A stretch of DNA of 64,000 nucleotides from Scyliorhinus canicula (taxonomy: Eukaryota). This document shows positions 27,252 through 40,107 of the stretch, one piece after another (within the stretch, counting starts at the first letter, position 1; every line of letters starts with the position of its first letter). The position numbers were made by a program, and so were the translations under genes. The stretch is taken from contig NC_052154.1 in the NCBI RefSeq assembly GCF_902713615.1, positions 137,929,263-137,993,262 on the forward strand, written 5' to 3'. The notes beneath the pieces are model-generated. The model was not told the DNA's origin. It was given only the letters and a program-made list of their open reading frames with translations, and did no database searches.

Positions 27252-27545
27252 CCAGGCCGCTCCCGGATGCATGCACGCCGAGGTCCTGCTGGGTAAGGCC
27301 AGATGTGAACGGCACCGGCAGGACTCAGATTTTCTGTGTGGCCGCTTGGCCCATCCTGAGCGGAGAATTGCTGGGGGGACTGTGTAGAGTGGTCCCCGAC
27401 TGGTGCAGCACCGACGGCGACGGCTCCAATGGTGCTGATTTTCCGCTCTCCGGAGAGTCGGTGGACCAGCGTCAGGGTGGCGTCGCGCGATTCGCGCCCA
27501 TTCCGGCGATTCTCCGGCCCGGCCTCGGCTGAGAGAATCCCGCCC
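26855..27545. mobile_element. GC-rich MITE containing a poly-C tract
   Basis: TIRs GGGCGGCATTCTC...GAGAATCCCGCCC. Confidence 0.8.
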
Positions 27546-27656
27546 ACGCTTAATGTGGGACTGGAGAATAGAACTACCCATAGTATGATGTACAGACTCA
27601 CATGATGGTAGACTGTGTGCAGTCAAATCTAGCAGACGTTAACATGGGCACAGTAG

Positions 27657-27880
27657 GCAGCACGGTGGTGCAGTGGGTTAGCCCTGCTGCCTCACGGCGC
27701 TGAGGTCCCAGGTTCAATCCCGGCTCTGGGTCACTGTCCATGTGGAGTTTGCACATTCTCCCTGTGTTTGCGTGGGTTTCGCCCCCCACAACCCAGAGAT
27801 GTAGGATAGGTGGATTTAACATGCTAAATTGCCCCTTAATTGGAAAAGAATGAATTGGATACACTAAATTTTTTTAAAGA
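27657..27880 (+). mobile_element. HE1-like SINE (short variant)
   Basis: GGCAGCACGGTGG start, GGTTCAATCC B box. Confidence 0.8.
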
Positions 27881-27929
27881 TTTAAAAAAAACATGGACAC
27901 AGTAGCCATGCAGGGCTGTACCTTGGAGA

Positions 27930-28040
27930 TGTATATACTTACGAGTTATGAATAAACAGTTTATGTCCAAGCATACAAAACTAAAGACTCAAGACCTCTT
28001 AGGAAGACACAAAGCAACATGGTGTCAGAGAAGGATGGTT
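27930..28040 (+). mobile_element. LTR 3' end followed by tRNA-Leu-like PBS
   Basis: AATAAA, then ...AAGCAACA followed by TGGTGTCAGAG. Confidence 0.5.
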
Positions 28041-28380
28041 CCCAATATCCACAAAGGATAAAAAAATAAAGAGACTACAGTTTGACCTGTGAGAAGTGCA
28101 GCTAAATCAAAGATAGAGCTCGAAAAGACCAAAAAAAGCTACATTGCCAGACCTGAGTGAACACAGAGTCAAGAGACGAGCCAGATCATAAAAGGGTGAG
28201 AAAAATGCAGAAAAAGGAAAAAGGCTGAAAGGCAGAAGAATAATCCATTGTGTAGATGAAAAGAAGAACCTGACCGAACGCAAAGTAAAGGGACCCGGCC
28301 AGATCACAAAAAGGGCGAGCAAAATACCTTAAAAAGGAGCAGCATGGTGGCGCAATGGGTTCGCCCTGTTGCCTGAGGCG

Positions 28381-28958
28381 TCATTTAGTTTAAAGAGTTG
28401 GCTCGCAATCACTACAAGTTGAGAGTTCACTGAAGAAGGACTTGACCAACTGTGAAACCAAAGTGATGGAGAAAGAGAAAGCTCTGTTTTAGACAAAGAA
28501 TGAAAAGACAGAAATAAGATTGGAAATTGTAAATCTGATGCTGAAGATCAAGGAATGAAGGGGAAAAGCACTGGATGTCTAGAATTTACTGAGAATCATT
28601 GAGTTGCTGAAAAATGGCAGAGCTGAAATGAAAGTCAAAAAAAGGACATGTCAAGAAAAAATAGAAAGGCTGCAGATCCAATTAAGTCGAAAAGAAGTTC
28701 TCCACCATTTCTACAGCATACCCAAGCGAAAGCAGAAGTGCTCACAAAGGAACATGAAGAGGTTCAGAAACAATTAGCAGAAGCGCAATTAAAGAATGTG
28801 AGGTTGAAGGATAACGCACAAGGATGAGGCTCTGTTGAGGCTCTGTGCAGAGAACCAAAGTTCACGGACAAAAGATGAGTTTGTCAGTGAAAAATTAGAG
28901 CTCAATGAACTTCAAATATCAGAAGTGTAATATTCTACACGGGACATATGCGGTGGGA
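28381..28958 (+). pseudogene. Copy B of degenerate coiled-coil coding segment
   Basis: Fragments KKDLTNCETKVMEKEKAL, KVKKRTCQEKIERLQIQL and KAEVLTKEHEEVQKQLAEAQLKNVRLK, broken by stops and frameshifts. Confidence 0.55.
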
Positions 28959-29130
28959 ATGAAATGAAAATCGCTTATTGTCACAAGTAGGCTTCAAATG
29001 AAGTTACTGTGAAAAGCCCCTTGTCGCCACATTCCGGCACCTGTTCGGGGAGGCTGGTACAGGAATTGAACACGCGCTGCTTGCCTGCCATGGTCTGCTT
29101 TAAAAGCCAACTATTTAGCCCTGTGCTAAA
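28958..29130 (-). mobile_element. Short SINE with (ATTTC)n tail
   Basis: Homologous to 11646-11820. Confidence 0.7.
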
Positions 29131-29359
29131 CACTTGTCTTCCCCATGCTCCTTGTGCAGTATGAGTTCCCCCGCTACGGAAGGGGTAGCCTAATTACCCT
29201 GTATATAAAGTAGGCCAGTAAGGCACCAACCAAAGCAGGTATCCGTAGGGGTCTACCGGAAATTGTATATATATATAACTTGTAAATAAAACTTTTACTC
29301 TGTATGAGCTCGCTGCTTCCTTATTAAAATAAATATTTATTAACTACCATGAAAACGAG

Positions 29360-29565
29360 GGGCAGCACAATGGCACAGTGGTTAGCACTGCTGCCTCACA
29401 AAGCTGAGGTCCTAGGTTCGATCCTGGCTCTGGGTTACTCTCCGTGTGGAGTTTGCACATTCTCCCCGTGTTTGCGTGGGTTTCAACCCACAACCCAAAG
29501 ATGTGCAGGCTAAATTGCCCCGTAATTGGAAAAAATGAATTGGGTACTCTAAATTTCTTTTTAAA
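29360..29565 (+). mobile_element. HE1-like SINE (short variant)
   Basis: GGGGCAGCAC start, GGTTCGATCC B box. Confidence 0.8.
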
Positions 29566-29649
29566 ACTATCATGAAAATGTGAAAAAATGCTTCTAACAG
29601 GAAAAGGGACTGCTGATTGATCAAAGAAGTTGGTTAAATGCAGAATTAA

Positions 29650-30109
29650 CAACCAACACTCATGGTTTCCAACCCTGATCCCACCACCAACCTCCTGGCC
29701 ACCCCCCACTGCCCCCAACCCTGGCAGAAGACCCCCCTGGCCAGCGGCCCAATTGTCAGCAAACAATGGCGATGTTGGGCACTTTCCATACCTCCCTCTC
29801 TCTCCCTCAGCAGCCATGGTGCCTGTTTCACAATTTTTAAAAGCGTAAGTGAGCATCGCCGTCGGGAATCCGCCCCAGTGGAGGTGAAGCATCACGAGGC
29901 CACGAAGAATACCGGGTCAGGCCCACTAATGATATGCCAATGGACGTTTACCGTACGTGCGTTATGGAACGCATTGCCATTGCTGTCAAGGCACCAGAGA
30001 ATTGCGATTTGGCGTGAAGCCGGCACACGCCACAATTTCGGCGTCAAAACCGATTCTCCGCCGAATCGGCTTTCCCAATTTTGGTGGCAGCTGACGGAGA
30101 ATCCCGCCC
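29650..30109. mobile_element. Truncated GC-rich MITE
   Basis: Right TIR GGAGAATCCCGCCC; left end not found. Confidence 0.55.
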
Positions 30110-31879
30110 AGGCTTCATCTGAATATGCTAATTGAAAATCAATTTGTCTTAATTAGATAACAAAGACAATTTAACCCAGCATTCCTTGGGAAAAAACTGT
30201 AAAGATATTTGACTTTCATGAACTCGCCCTTCAAAATTGTGAATCTGAGTTCAAATCATGAACATATAGAAGAGTTTCAACCAAATATTCCTCGGAGGTC
30301 GAATTGTCCTTGATCATAAATCATACAGATTGTTCTTGGGTTTCCTCCGGGTGCTCCGGTTTCCCCTCACAAGTCTTGAAAAACATGCTTGTTAGGTGAA
30401 TTGGATATTCTGAATTTTCCCTCACTGTACCCGAACAGGCGCCAGAGCGTGGAGACTCGGGGATTTTCACAGTAAACTCATTGCAGTGTTAATGTAAGCC
30501 GACTTGTGACAATAATAAAGATTATTATTATATTTATCAACAGCTAAATGCCTGCAGCCAGGTGGGAGAGAAATTCCAACCAACAAGTTCATTTCGGCAT
30601 CAAGTTGCAACAATTCAGTTTCACTCTTCCTCGTTTAAGTTGGGATTCATTTCTACAAACTGCTTCATTTGTCAACTTAGATTGTGAACATCAGCATGTG
30701 ATTTGCCTTTGCAAGTGTCACAGCTGATCTCAACATTTACGGTATTCTATGTCCATAAAGAGTCATGCAGCATACATTTGGCTCATTGTATGTGCCGGTT
30801 CTGTAAAAAAGTGGTTCAGTTAGTCCCAATCGCTACTCTTTACCCATAGTCCTGCAAATGTCTACTTTTCTGGTATTTTTCCAAATCTCTTTCAAACGTT
30901 GCATCTAGCAGCATTCTAAGGACGAGTACTTTACAGGAGGACATTGCTGGATTGTGATCAACAATGAACATTAGATGATCTTTGGGAGATGCTTCTTACA
31001 GCAATAGGGTTTTTCTTTCCCCCAACCAGCTGGTGGTTGCCCGATAACAGCGATAAGCACCCCTCCAGATGGTCAGAACAATCTTAGAAAGTGTGGCACC
31101 AATTTAAAAGGTAATTATAAATGTTGAACCAATGTAACTATAATGTGCACCAGTTACAAAATGATTGAGGGAATGTCCACATGGGTTTGAATAATATAGG
31201 GACATTCTCTTAATGATCATTATCTGACAGTACATTAAGTTTAAAGCAGGCTTGTCCAAACCATGGCCCATGGGCCGGATGCAGCTGCTGCAAACATGTA
31301 TTTTCACAGACTTAATTCGTGAACACAAAAGGTAGTTATTTAGTCATACGAATTGTACAGCAACTGCATGGCTGTAGCCATCTCCTAATATCTCTTTGAT
31401 TAGGAAACCCTCTCACCATGGGGTGATTCTACACTCCCGATCAGTCGCATAGGCCATATGATCCTTTGTCTGCTGTGTAGCCCTTAAAGGAACAATCACC
31501 ACATCGTTCCCCCTTTAAGTCCTTTATACAATCTTTAATAACTATTTCACTCAGTCCTAAATACTAACTAAACATTAGATACAAGAGTTGGACAGTTTTA
31601 AATCGGCTTTTTGGAGGTTAACTGTTCCTTGTAGAGCGGTGCAACTCCATAGTCGCAGATGGTTTCATAGCATCGACATTAACAGAAACTGCAATAATGG
31701 GAACATCTTCTGCCATGGGCATTTCATTATTATTTCCTTCTACGGAAGACATCAGTAATGTCTTTAACAGTTTAAACAGGTACTTAGGTGCTTACAAGTT
31801 CAAAAACATTTCTTAATGGCAATACTGACTGCTGGTCTACTGCTCAAGTGGTCTGCATGTTTACGAATCATCCATCCCT

Positions 31880-32604
31880 CTATAGCCATTTAAGATGGCC
31901 ATCTGCAAAGGACCATGGGAATTATGGCCAACCCAGAACTCAGGCATATACAGAGCCTATGTGTATCTGAAACACAGGTAACCAGACCTGATCGAAACCC
32001 CCGTACGTTAGCATTTTAATGGCCAATTTTCCCAGGACAATAGAACTCCAATCAAGCAACCAGTACAACCACAGACTGATCGGCCCCACCTCCCTCACTT
32101 AGAAAGCACAACTGCCAAGGTCAATGACAGCTGAGGACCCACCCAGCCACCAAGGCACCCGCCCCTTTATTGGCCAAAATCGAAGACAGTGATCAGAGCT
32201 CTGTCAAACTATTGGGTCCACAGTTAAGGACCGCCCCAAAAAGCGCAAAATTCCAGTGGGATAAAAGAGGACAAAGCCATGTGTTCTGTCTCTTTTGGAT
32301 CCGGCCTGTGCCAACCCAATCGTACCAGGAACAGCCAGCCAAGTTCAAGACCAACGATCGCTACCTTTCTTCGAACCAGCCAAGTGAAATCTAGATAAAG
32401 GCCTTATCCATTTGCACAGTGCCGGTCGCCCTGAAGTTAAGTATAGGTTATTGTAGCTGATAGGGTGTAGTTTAACTCGTAGTAGATATTGTGTTTGCAT
32501 GTCGAGATAATTCTTATGTATGTAAAAAAGCCATCTTTATGAACTAACTAACTTGTTGTGTGGTCATTTGATCGATATAAGGGAAGGCTTGTGGTTCACC
32601 AACA
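31880..32604 (+). mobile_element. Probable ERV-like solo LTR
   Basis: CCAAT/ATTGG boxes, TATA-like GATAAAA near 32260, ends ...CACCAACA; left boundary uncertain. Confidence 0.5.
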
Positions 32605-32993
32605 TTATTGGCAACATCTCCATGTCTACTTGTCCGGTCTTAGAAGTAATAATTCCGGGGATCTATCTTGATTAACTACTGGAGTTTCTCATATATACGG
32701 TTTTGTTTATCATAAATAATTGTGCTGTATTATGTGAATCATGGGTTGCTTTCTGATTACTTTGGCTGGCACCTCTTCTCCCAGGCATATTTGGAAACAC
32801 GAGGTTGAGTCTCCCCCTGAGAGGCCATTTCATTAGCAGTTCTGCTGATGAAGTCCCATTGTTGCATGTTTAATGGTACAGTAATGGCTAATCTTGCTCT
32901 TCAGTCATCCTGACAACTCAATTCATTCTTGTGGGTAAAGACTGGTTTCATTTGCTTGGAAACTGGCTCATCTTCGTGTAACACCGTGGCGTG

Positions 32994-33330
32994 GCACGGT
33001 GGTACAGTGGTTAGCACTGCAGTTTCACTGCACCAGGGACACAGGTTCATTTCCGGCCTTGGTTGACAGTCTGTGTGCAGTTTGCACTTTCTCCTCATGT
33101 CTGTCTGGGTTTCCTCCGGGTGCTCCAGTTTCCACCCACAGTCCAAAGATGGGCAGGTTAGGTGGATTGGTCATGTTAAATTGCCCCTTAGTGTCCAAAG
33201 ATATTCAGGTTAGGTGGGGTAATGGGGTTACGGGGATAGGGCGGAGGAATGGGCCTAGGTAAGATGCTCTTTCAGAGGATTGGTGCATTAGCTGAATGGC
33301 CTCCTTTTGCACTGTAAGAATTCTATGGTC
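32994..33330 (+). mobile_element. HE1-like SINE
   Basis: Family motifs GGGTTTCCTCCGGGTGCTCC and TTCTATG tail. Confidence 0.8.
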
Positions 33331-33427
33331 CTATATGGCTTCAACTCTGGGTTTGCTTCCATGGTCTTTCTACCAAGTACCATGTCCACAATGTCTAACA
33401 GGAGTCGATTATTTCTGGTATACATCT

Positions 33428-33642
33428 TTTAAAAAAAATTTAGAGCAGCCAATTATTTTTCTTTTTCCAAGTAAGGGGCAATTTAGCATGGCCAATCCAC
33501 TCAACCAGCACATCTTTGGGTTGTGGGGGTGAAATCCACGCAGACACGGGGAGAATGTGCAAACTCCACATGTCCAGTGGCCCAGGGCCGGGATTCAAAC
33601 CCGGGTCCTCAGCGCCACAGTTTCAGTGCGAACCACTGCACC
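33428..33642 (-). mobile_element. HE1-like SINE (short variant)
   Basis: GGCCAATCCAC and GGAGAATGTGCAAACTCC motifs. Confidence 0.75.
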
Positions 33643-33687
33643 ATTCTGGTAGACATCTTAACTTGCCCTGTGGGTATAGGAGTGTTA

Positions 33688-36362
33688 TCAACTTTTTCTA
33701 AATAAAAAAATATGACCACGCAAGCTATTCATTGACGACTCGCCAGGTAAAGATAATGTAGAGAGTCCATCAGTGTTCCCATTGAAATTTGATTGACGAT
33801 CTTTTATTGTACACGTATGTGCTGACAACAGCAATGCCCAACTCTGCATCTGGCTTGCTGCCAGAGATGGAATACTGGTGTGGTATCCAAGAGTCACTGT
33901 CTGTGATTGATGATCCATTAGTAAAGTAAATTTTCGTCCATATAGGTATCGGTAAAAACATTTGATTCCAAAAATGATGCCCAGTGCGTTCTTCTCAATC
34001 TGTGCATAGTTCATTTCTGCTTTGATGCAAATGCTATTGGTTTTCCTTCACCATTAGACATTGTGTGAGAAACCACATCTCCCACCCCATAACGTGGTCC
34101 GTCACAAGCCAGTTGCAAAGATAACTTCAGATCAAATTGTGTTAGGACTTTTGTAGTCCCTCTTTAGCTTGTACGAAGGCCTTCTCGCACTGATCCACCC
34201 ATTTCCTGTTTTGACACAATAAGTTGTGCAAAGGCTTGAGAATAGTTGATAGATGAGAGACAAACCTTCCAGAATAGTTTAATAAATCCAAAAACAATCA
34301 AAATTGATTTACATTTTGAGATGCAGGTGCCTCAGTTATAGCTTTTACTTTTGAAGGTGATTTGTGCAGTCGCTTTGTCTCTGTGATGTGCCCAAGGTAT
34401 TCAATAGAAGTTTAAAAGAATTCATATTTATCTTTCCATACCTGTAGTCCATGATCTTCTAGCCTCTGGAGAGTAGCATCTAAATTTTGAAGATGCTCTA
34501 CTTCATTCGTTCCCATAACTAAGATATTGTCCAAGTAGCATTGGACTCCACTAGTCTGCTTAGAGTTTCATCCATGGCACGTTAGAACAATACAGGTGCG
34601 GATGTGATGACAAATACAAGTCTTTTATATCTGAATAACCCTTTGTGTGTCACGATTGTCAAATATTGTTGCAAATCTGGATCCATATTTATCTGGAGAT
34701 AAGTTTGATTGTGGTCAATTTTACTGAACTGCTGGCCTCCAGACAACCCAACAAATAAATGACTAATTAAAGGCAGAAGGTACTTCTCCGCGTACAGTAC
34801 CATATTGATAGTGATTTTAAAATTGCCGCATATGTGTACTGTACCTTCTTTCCTCATTATGGATACTGTCAGCTTGGTCCAATCACTTACATTAACAGGT
34901 TCAGAGACCCCCGTCTTCACCGGCTTCTCTATTTCTGCCTCCACTTTAGGGATGATGGCATAATGCACTGACCTACCCTTCAAGCATGTTACTTGGTTTT
35001 TGTCCTTAATCTTTAGCTTGACTGAGATCTCGTTCATGCGTCCCAGCTCTCCATTAAAGACAATAGCATGTTCCTTTAAAATCTTCAGTAGACCTGCTTC
35101 GGCTACAACACGAGATTCACCTCAGCCCAGTTTAGCTACATTCACACCAGTCAGATTCTCCTCATTAGGGCTGGATAGTTACATTAAACAATGTGCAGGC
35201 ACAAGTCTGAGGTCTGTCCATTTAGCTGCATATTTACATCAATGCGGCCCCTCAGTAGAACTATTACAGTGGTATAGGTTTTTAGTATTATCTTTAAGCG
35301 TTTTAAGGCGATATGTCGTTGTTTCTCTTGGTAAACAGTTTCTGACACCAATGATATGGCTGCGCCAATATCCACCTCCATTTTCACCGATTGTCCGCGC
35401 AGTAAAGGAGTGGCCCAGTAACGGTTTGTTGCACCCACAATGGCCATTACGTTCAACAATAGTTCATCGTCTGACTGTGACTCTGGTCGTTTTTTGCACC
35501 TTTTTTGGATCACAGGGATCTTTTCCCTCTTATTCCATTTGATACAGTTTTCTTGTTCATTAAAGTCCTTGTTCGGAACTTGTTTCTTCCTCCAACACAA
35601 GGATTCATTTCCTGAATTTTGCAGCTTTGCACCAGCAGTCTGCTATTGGTGCCAAGTTTTTAAAATTTCAAACCTGTGTTCGGGTCTCAGCTGACATTTT
35701 ATGGATTTTAGTGCTCAAACTCAATTGTTGGGCTTCCTTAGAATTTAGAACAGTACAGCACAGAACAGGCCCTTCGGCCCTCGATGTTGTGCCGAGCAAT
35801 GATCACCCTACTCAAGCCCACGTATCCACCCTATACCAGTAACCCAACAACCCCCATTAACCTTATTTTTTTGGACACTAAGGGCAATTTAGCCTGACCA
35901 ATCCACCTAACCCGCACATCTTTGGACTGTGGGAGGAAACCGGAGCACCCGGAGGAAACCCACGTACACACAGGGAGGACGTGCAGACTCCGCACAGACA
36001 GTGACCCAGCCGGGAATCGAACCTGGGACCCTGGAGATGTGAAGCATTTATGCTAACCACCATGCTACCGTGCTGCTAGTTCCATAGAGATTGTGAATTC
36101 TAAAGCCTTTCTTAGGTTCAAGTTGTTTTCTGTTATCAAACGTTTTTGGAAAGCTTCACTTCTTAACCCACACACTAGTCTGTCTTTAATGGTATTGTTC
36201 AAGACATCCCTAAATTCACAGTACTCAGCTAATTCTTTTCAAATTATTTATGAACTGTGCAATTGATTCACCTTTTTGTTGGTTACGTTTATGAAACCTG
36301 AACCTCTGAGCGATGACCAAAGTTTAGATGTAAAGTGGCCCTGCAATATCTCCACAATCTCA
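33688..36362 (-). mobile_element. Degenerate Ty3/Gypsy gag-pol
   Basis: Protease KMEVDIGAAISLV (35184..35600), RT HICGNFKITIN...GLFRYKRL (34582..35037), RNase H YAQIEKNALGIIFGIK...DHQ (33688..34014). Confidence 0.85.
35739..36076 (-). mobile_element. HE1-like SINE inserted in Gypsy gag
   Basis: Near-identical to 17158-17503. Confidence 0.85.
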
Positions 36363-38130
36363 TCATAGGTTTTGAGTCAGTTTTATTTTGGCTGCACCAG
36401 GCTTCACAGGAAGTCGAACATTTTCCCTTCCTGCCAGCATTGCATATCGGTCTTCAATTCTCGAGATTGGATATTTATCCAGCTTGGCAGCCCGATTGAC
36501 CGTTAACTTATACGCGCTGCAAATGTGGATGGTCTTGTCCAGTTTCAATATTGGGAGTAAAGTGCTGCCCATTCTAACAACTGAACTGGATGGATAATGC
36601 TTAGTTCCTCCAATCTGTTTAAGCCAGGATCCACTTTTTCTCATAAGGGATATGATACTGATCTTGCTGGAAAGAATCACCTCTGGATCCACATAAATCT
36701 TAGCTTGTACTCCTTTGATTTTGCCTAATTCATCGCAGAAGACGCTCTCATAGTTTTAGATCAGTTCAGACAGTCCCACTTCATGCTCTTGAAAAATCTT
36801 AGCCCAATTGAACTTGATTTCTTTAAGCCAGTTGTAGCCGAGAAGGCTTGTTCGTTCACCCATCATTATTATCACTGGGTAGATTGTTGTCCATAGCTTA
36901 CAGGTACCATTGCGGTGCCTTTTATTTTTATTGCTTCTCCTGTATAAGTCTTCAACTTGTCAGAAATGCTCTTCAAGTTCAACGTTTGAAATCCCTCTCT
37001 TACATACTGAAATGTCTGCTCACTCATCACTGTCGCTGATGCCCCTGTATCCACTTCCATCTTAAGAGGCTTCCCATTCACCTGACAGTAATATGGTCTA
37101 ACTTGAATACCAGAATCACTGTTACTAGGCTCGTCCACATTGTATATTTGTAACATCTTGTGTGATTGATTACTCAGAGATTTTAATTCAGCTCTGCACT
37201 GCTTTATCAATGCCCTCTTTTGTGACAATAAAAATACTCAGCCTCCTTGAACCCAAATGATTCAGAGATGTGGTTACATTTGGTAGCATTCCACTTTAAG
37301 CATTGTCTGTTCTGTGCCTTTTTGTTGTGTTGGTGGTTGAAATTTTTCCTGCTTTGTGATTGCTTCAGCGGTTTCAGCGCCACGGCTGGCTAACGGGTTC
37401 TGCTCTAACTGGTAAATTGCACCATTTTGTGTATTCTGCAGCTATTGTATCAATGCTTTCCATGGCCAGTGGTATCTCCATTGCTTCTTTAAAATTTATG
37501 TTGTCCTCTGCAAGCCATCTGCATTGAATAGCCACAGTCTAGCCACAACATCCATAGTCTGCATTCATGCCACAGACTAATCTATCCCATTACATGTCAT
37601 TTAGGGTGGCTCCAAAATGACAATACTCCAATAATTGCCTCAATATAGCAATGTAAGTCATGATTGGTACACCTGGGGCTCTCACCCTCAACTTAAACTT
37701 GAATCTCTGGACTAACTGTTGAGGTTGCAATTGGGCCTTCTTAGATCCACAGGCTGACTGAATGGTTTGGAGTCAGGCACACTTCGTGTTGTAAGACTGA
37801 AAATAAGGTTATAGTTCTGAGTTCCATAGACATTTAGGAAAATTGCTTTGTGTTTCGCCTCCTCCCCTATTTAATTTGCTTGGAAATAATACCCAAGGTG
37901 TTCAATGTATTGTGTCTAGTTCAACGAGAGGCATTCTGGTGAGTAATTCTTTTTTAACCAGACTTTGATTAAAACAGAATACTCATAGGTGTCAGGCCAG
38001 AGGAAGTGTCAGATAATTTATCCTCATTGCCAGATGTAAAGATGCACTTTCACAGACTTCACTAGTGAACACAAAGGTGTTTGTTAATAAGAATTGTACT
38101 CATTACTGGTTTCGAAGAAATTCTCTAACT
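36363..38130 (-). mobile_element. Second degenerate Ty3/Gypsy element (5' LTR end, PBS, gag, PR, RT start)
   Basis: PBS-like TGGCAATGAGGA (rc of 38021-38032); protease KMEVDTGASATVM (36872..37228); RT HICSAYKLTVN...YPISRIED (36363..36692). Confidence 0.8.
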
Positions 38131-40107
38131 TACGGAGCATAATACAATGGTTCCAAATCTTTTCCCCACTGTGACCCTGTTTTAATGATTGAGAGCTGGG
38201 TGATGGGGGAGGCAGGGGTGGAGCAGGTGGAGAGCTGTTGATTGAGGTGGGGGGGAAGGCCATTGTTATGTAGAGAGGAGATTTTGAGCAGGGGTGCTAC
38301 TGAGTTGGGGAGAGTGGGGGCTATCGTTGAGCAGGGAGAGCAGAAATTGTTAATGGGATGGGGGGTTACCAATGGATTTGTCCACAATAGTTTTGAAGAC
38401 TTTTATGAGACCGCTGAGCAGAGAATCAATGCGAATATGGACTTGGCACTGATCCCATGCTTATCCCACCATTCACCACAATGCATATTCAAAGGACCTC
38501 CTCCATTGTAAGCACATCCAAGGAAGTCACCAATTAGCCTGTTGGGCTCTGAACTGAACAGCCAATCCGGTCATTGAAAGAATGACCAACCAGGGCAGCT
38601 AAAACAGTCCCATTGACAAACTGTTTGGAAAAAGAAAATTCATGTACTGGTCAGAATATTCGCTCAAAGGTCTTCATTGGTGCCTCAGTGCTGGAGTCAC
38701 AACCCACAGTTTAGGAACAAAGAGGATAAGGCCTTTTGCTGAGAGCCTTTCTCTCCCTCCATTGCTTTCCTCTGAGAGCAGCTTATTCAGCAGCTTATTT
38801 TCTCCTTTACTGCCTCTGCTGCATCTCCGTCTCATGCTACAACCCAAGATGGATGGTCTGGGAGCAAATGTTCTGACCAAACCATTGAAGTCGAAACCAA
38901 TGCCTACTCCATGTGTAGCAATCCTCCCAGTCAACATCACCAACTTTAAGCCATTCTGAAAGCACTCCTACACCTTAGGCAGAGCTAATAGAATTTAATC
39001 AGCCAGCTATTGCAGACTATACCAAGAATGGAAAAAGCAGCTCTCTTGACCCGTACTGACTAACACACTAATTAGTGCAGATAATTTAGTTACTGAGCCA
39101 AAGAGAAACAGTTCTTCTTGGAATTCTACATAAAGGGTGTGAATGAAAGTGGCCTTGACATCTGGAACTTATACAATGGGAGTAAGTAGCAATGGTTTTG
39201 GGCCCATTGAAATTCATATAATAGGAATGAATAAAAAGTGGTTTGGTCTATTGAAGCACTGTATGCTCCGAGGAAGTTAGAAAGGGTTTGTTTTAAAGTT
39301 TATACATTGATATGGGAACTACTTTTTTCACAAAATGACAAACCATTCGGTATTACATGGCACTAATCATGGGGCTGCAAGTGATGAAGCTGGGAGTAGA
39401 AGCAGCTGGGGAAGGGTGAAAGCAACTAATCACATTGAAACAGAATTAGTCGAGAGCAAAGACAGGCCAGTTGTCAGCTTAAGGAGCCATCATAATGTGT
39501 AAACAAATGTTCACGTTACTATGTGAATAGGGGATGGTTGCCATGAACTTTCACATCAATGCATAGTTACTGGCGTCAAATTTCACTTTCTGTCAAGCTT
39601 TTAAAAAATAATTATTTGTATGTCTGCATTTTTGTGTATAATTAATTGGATTTAGCAGTGTTTGATATTGTACATCCGAATAATAATCCCACATAAATCA
39701 TTTCAAGTTAATTAAAGGGAGACAGTCTCCATTATGTTCCCACAAAGGACTGACTGAGGAGCAGAAATGTAATAACATACTGGTTCAGTTGTCTCTGAAA
39801 CATTTCCATTTCTTTCTTGAAAAGCTGATACTAATTCACAATTACCACTCAGTTAACATATGTAAAAATACAATTGAAGAGAAAGGCTGACTTTAGTTTA
39901 TTTTGACACCAATAGAGCCCGAACCATGACATCCTTCTGCTTGTGATTCCAAGCATACCTTACAATGAGTGAACAAACCTTCTCGTTGCATAATTTCAGA
40001 CATCTCAACATGGAAAGGGGCTGTATGGTCCTGAACCTCCCTCGAATTTAGGACTCTGGTGGTAGAAATGCTGCCTGATCAGCACTGCCAGCCAATCAGA
40101 AGATGGC

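Noticed and set aside
26936-27626. Long overlapping ORFs in GC-rich segments (also 3075-3934, 6010-7635, 9165-9870)
   Set aside because: They lie in MITEs; lack of stops reflects high GC; no domain motifs
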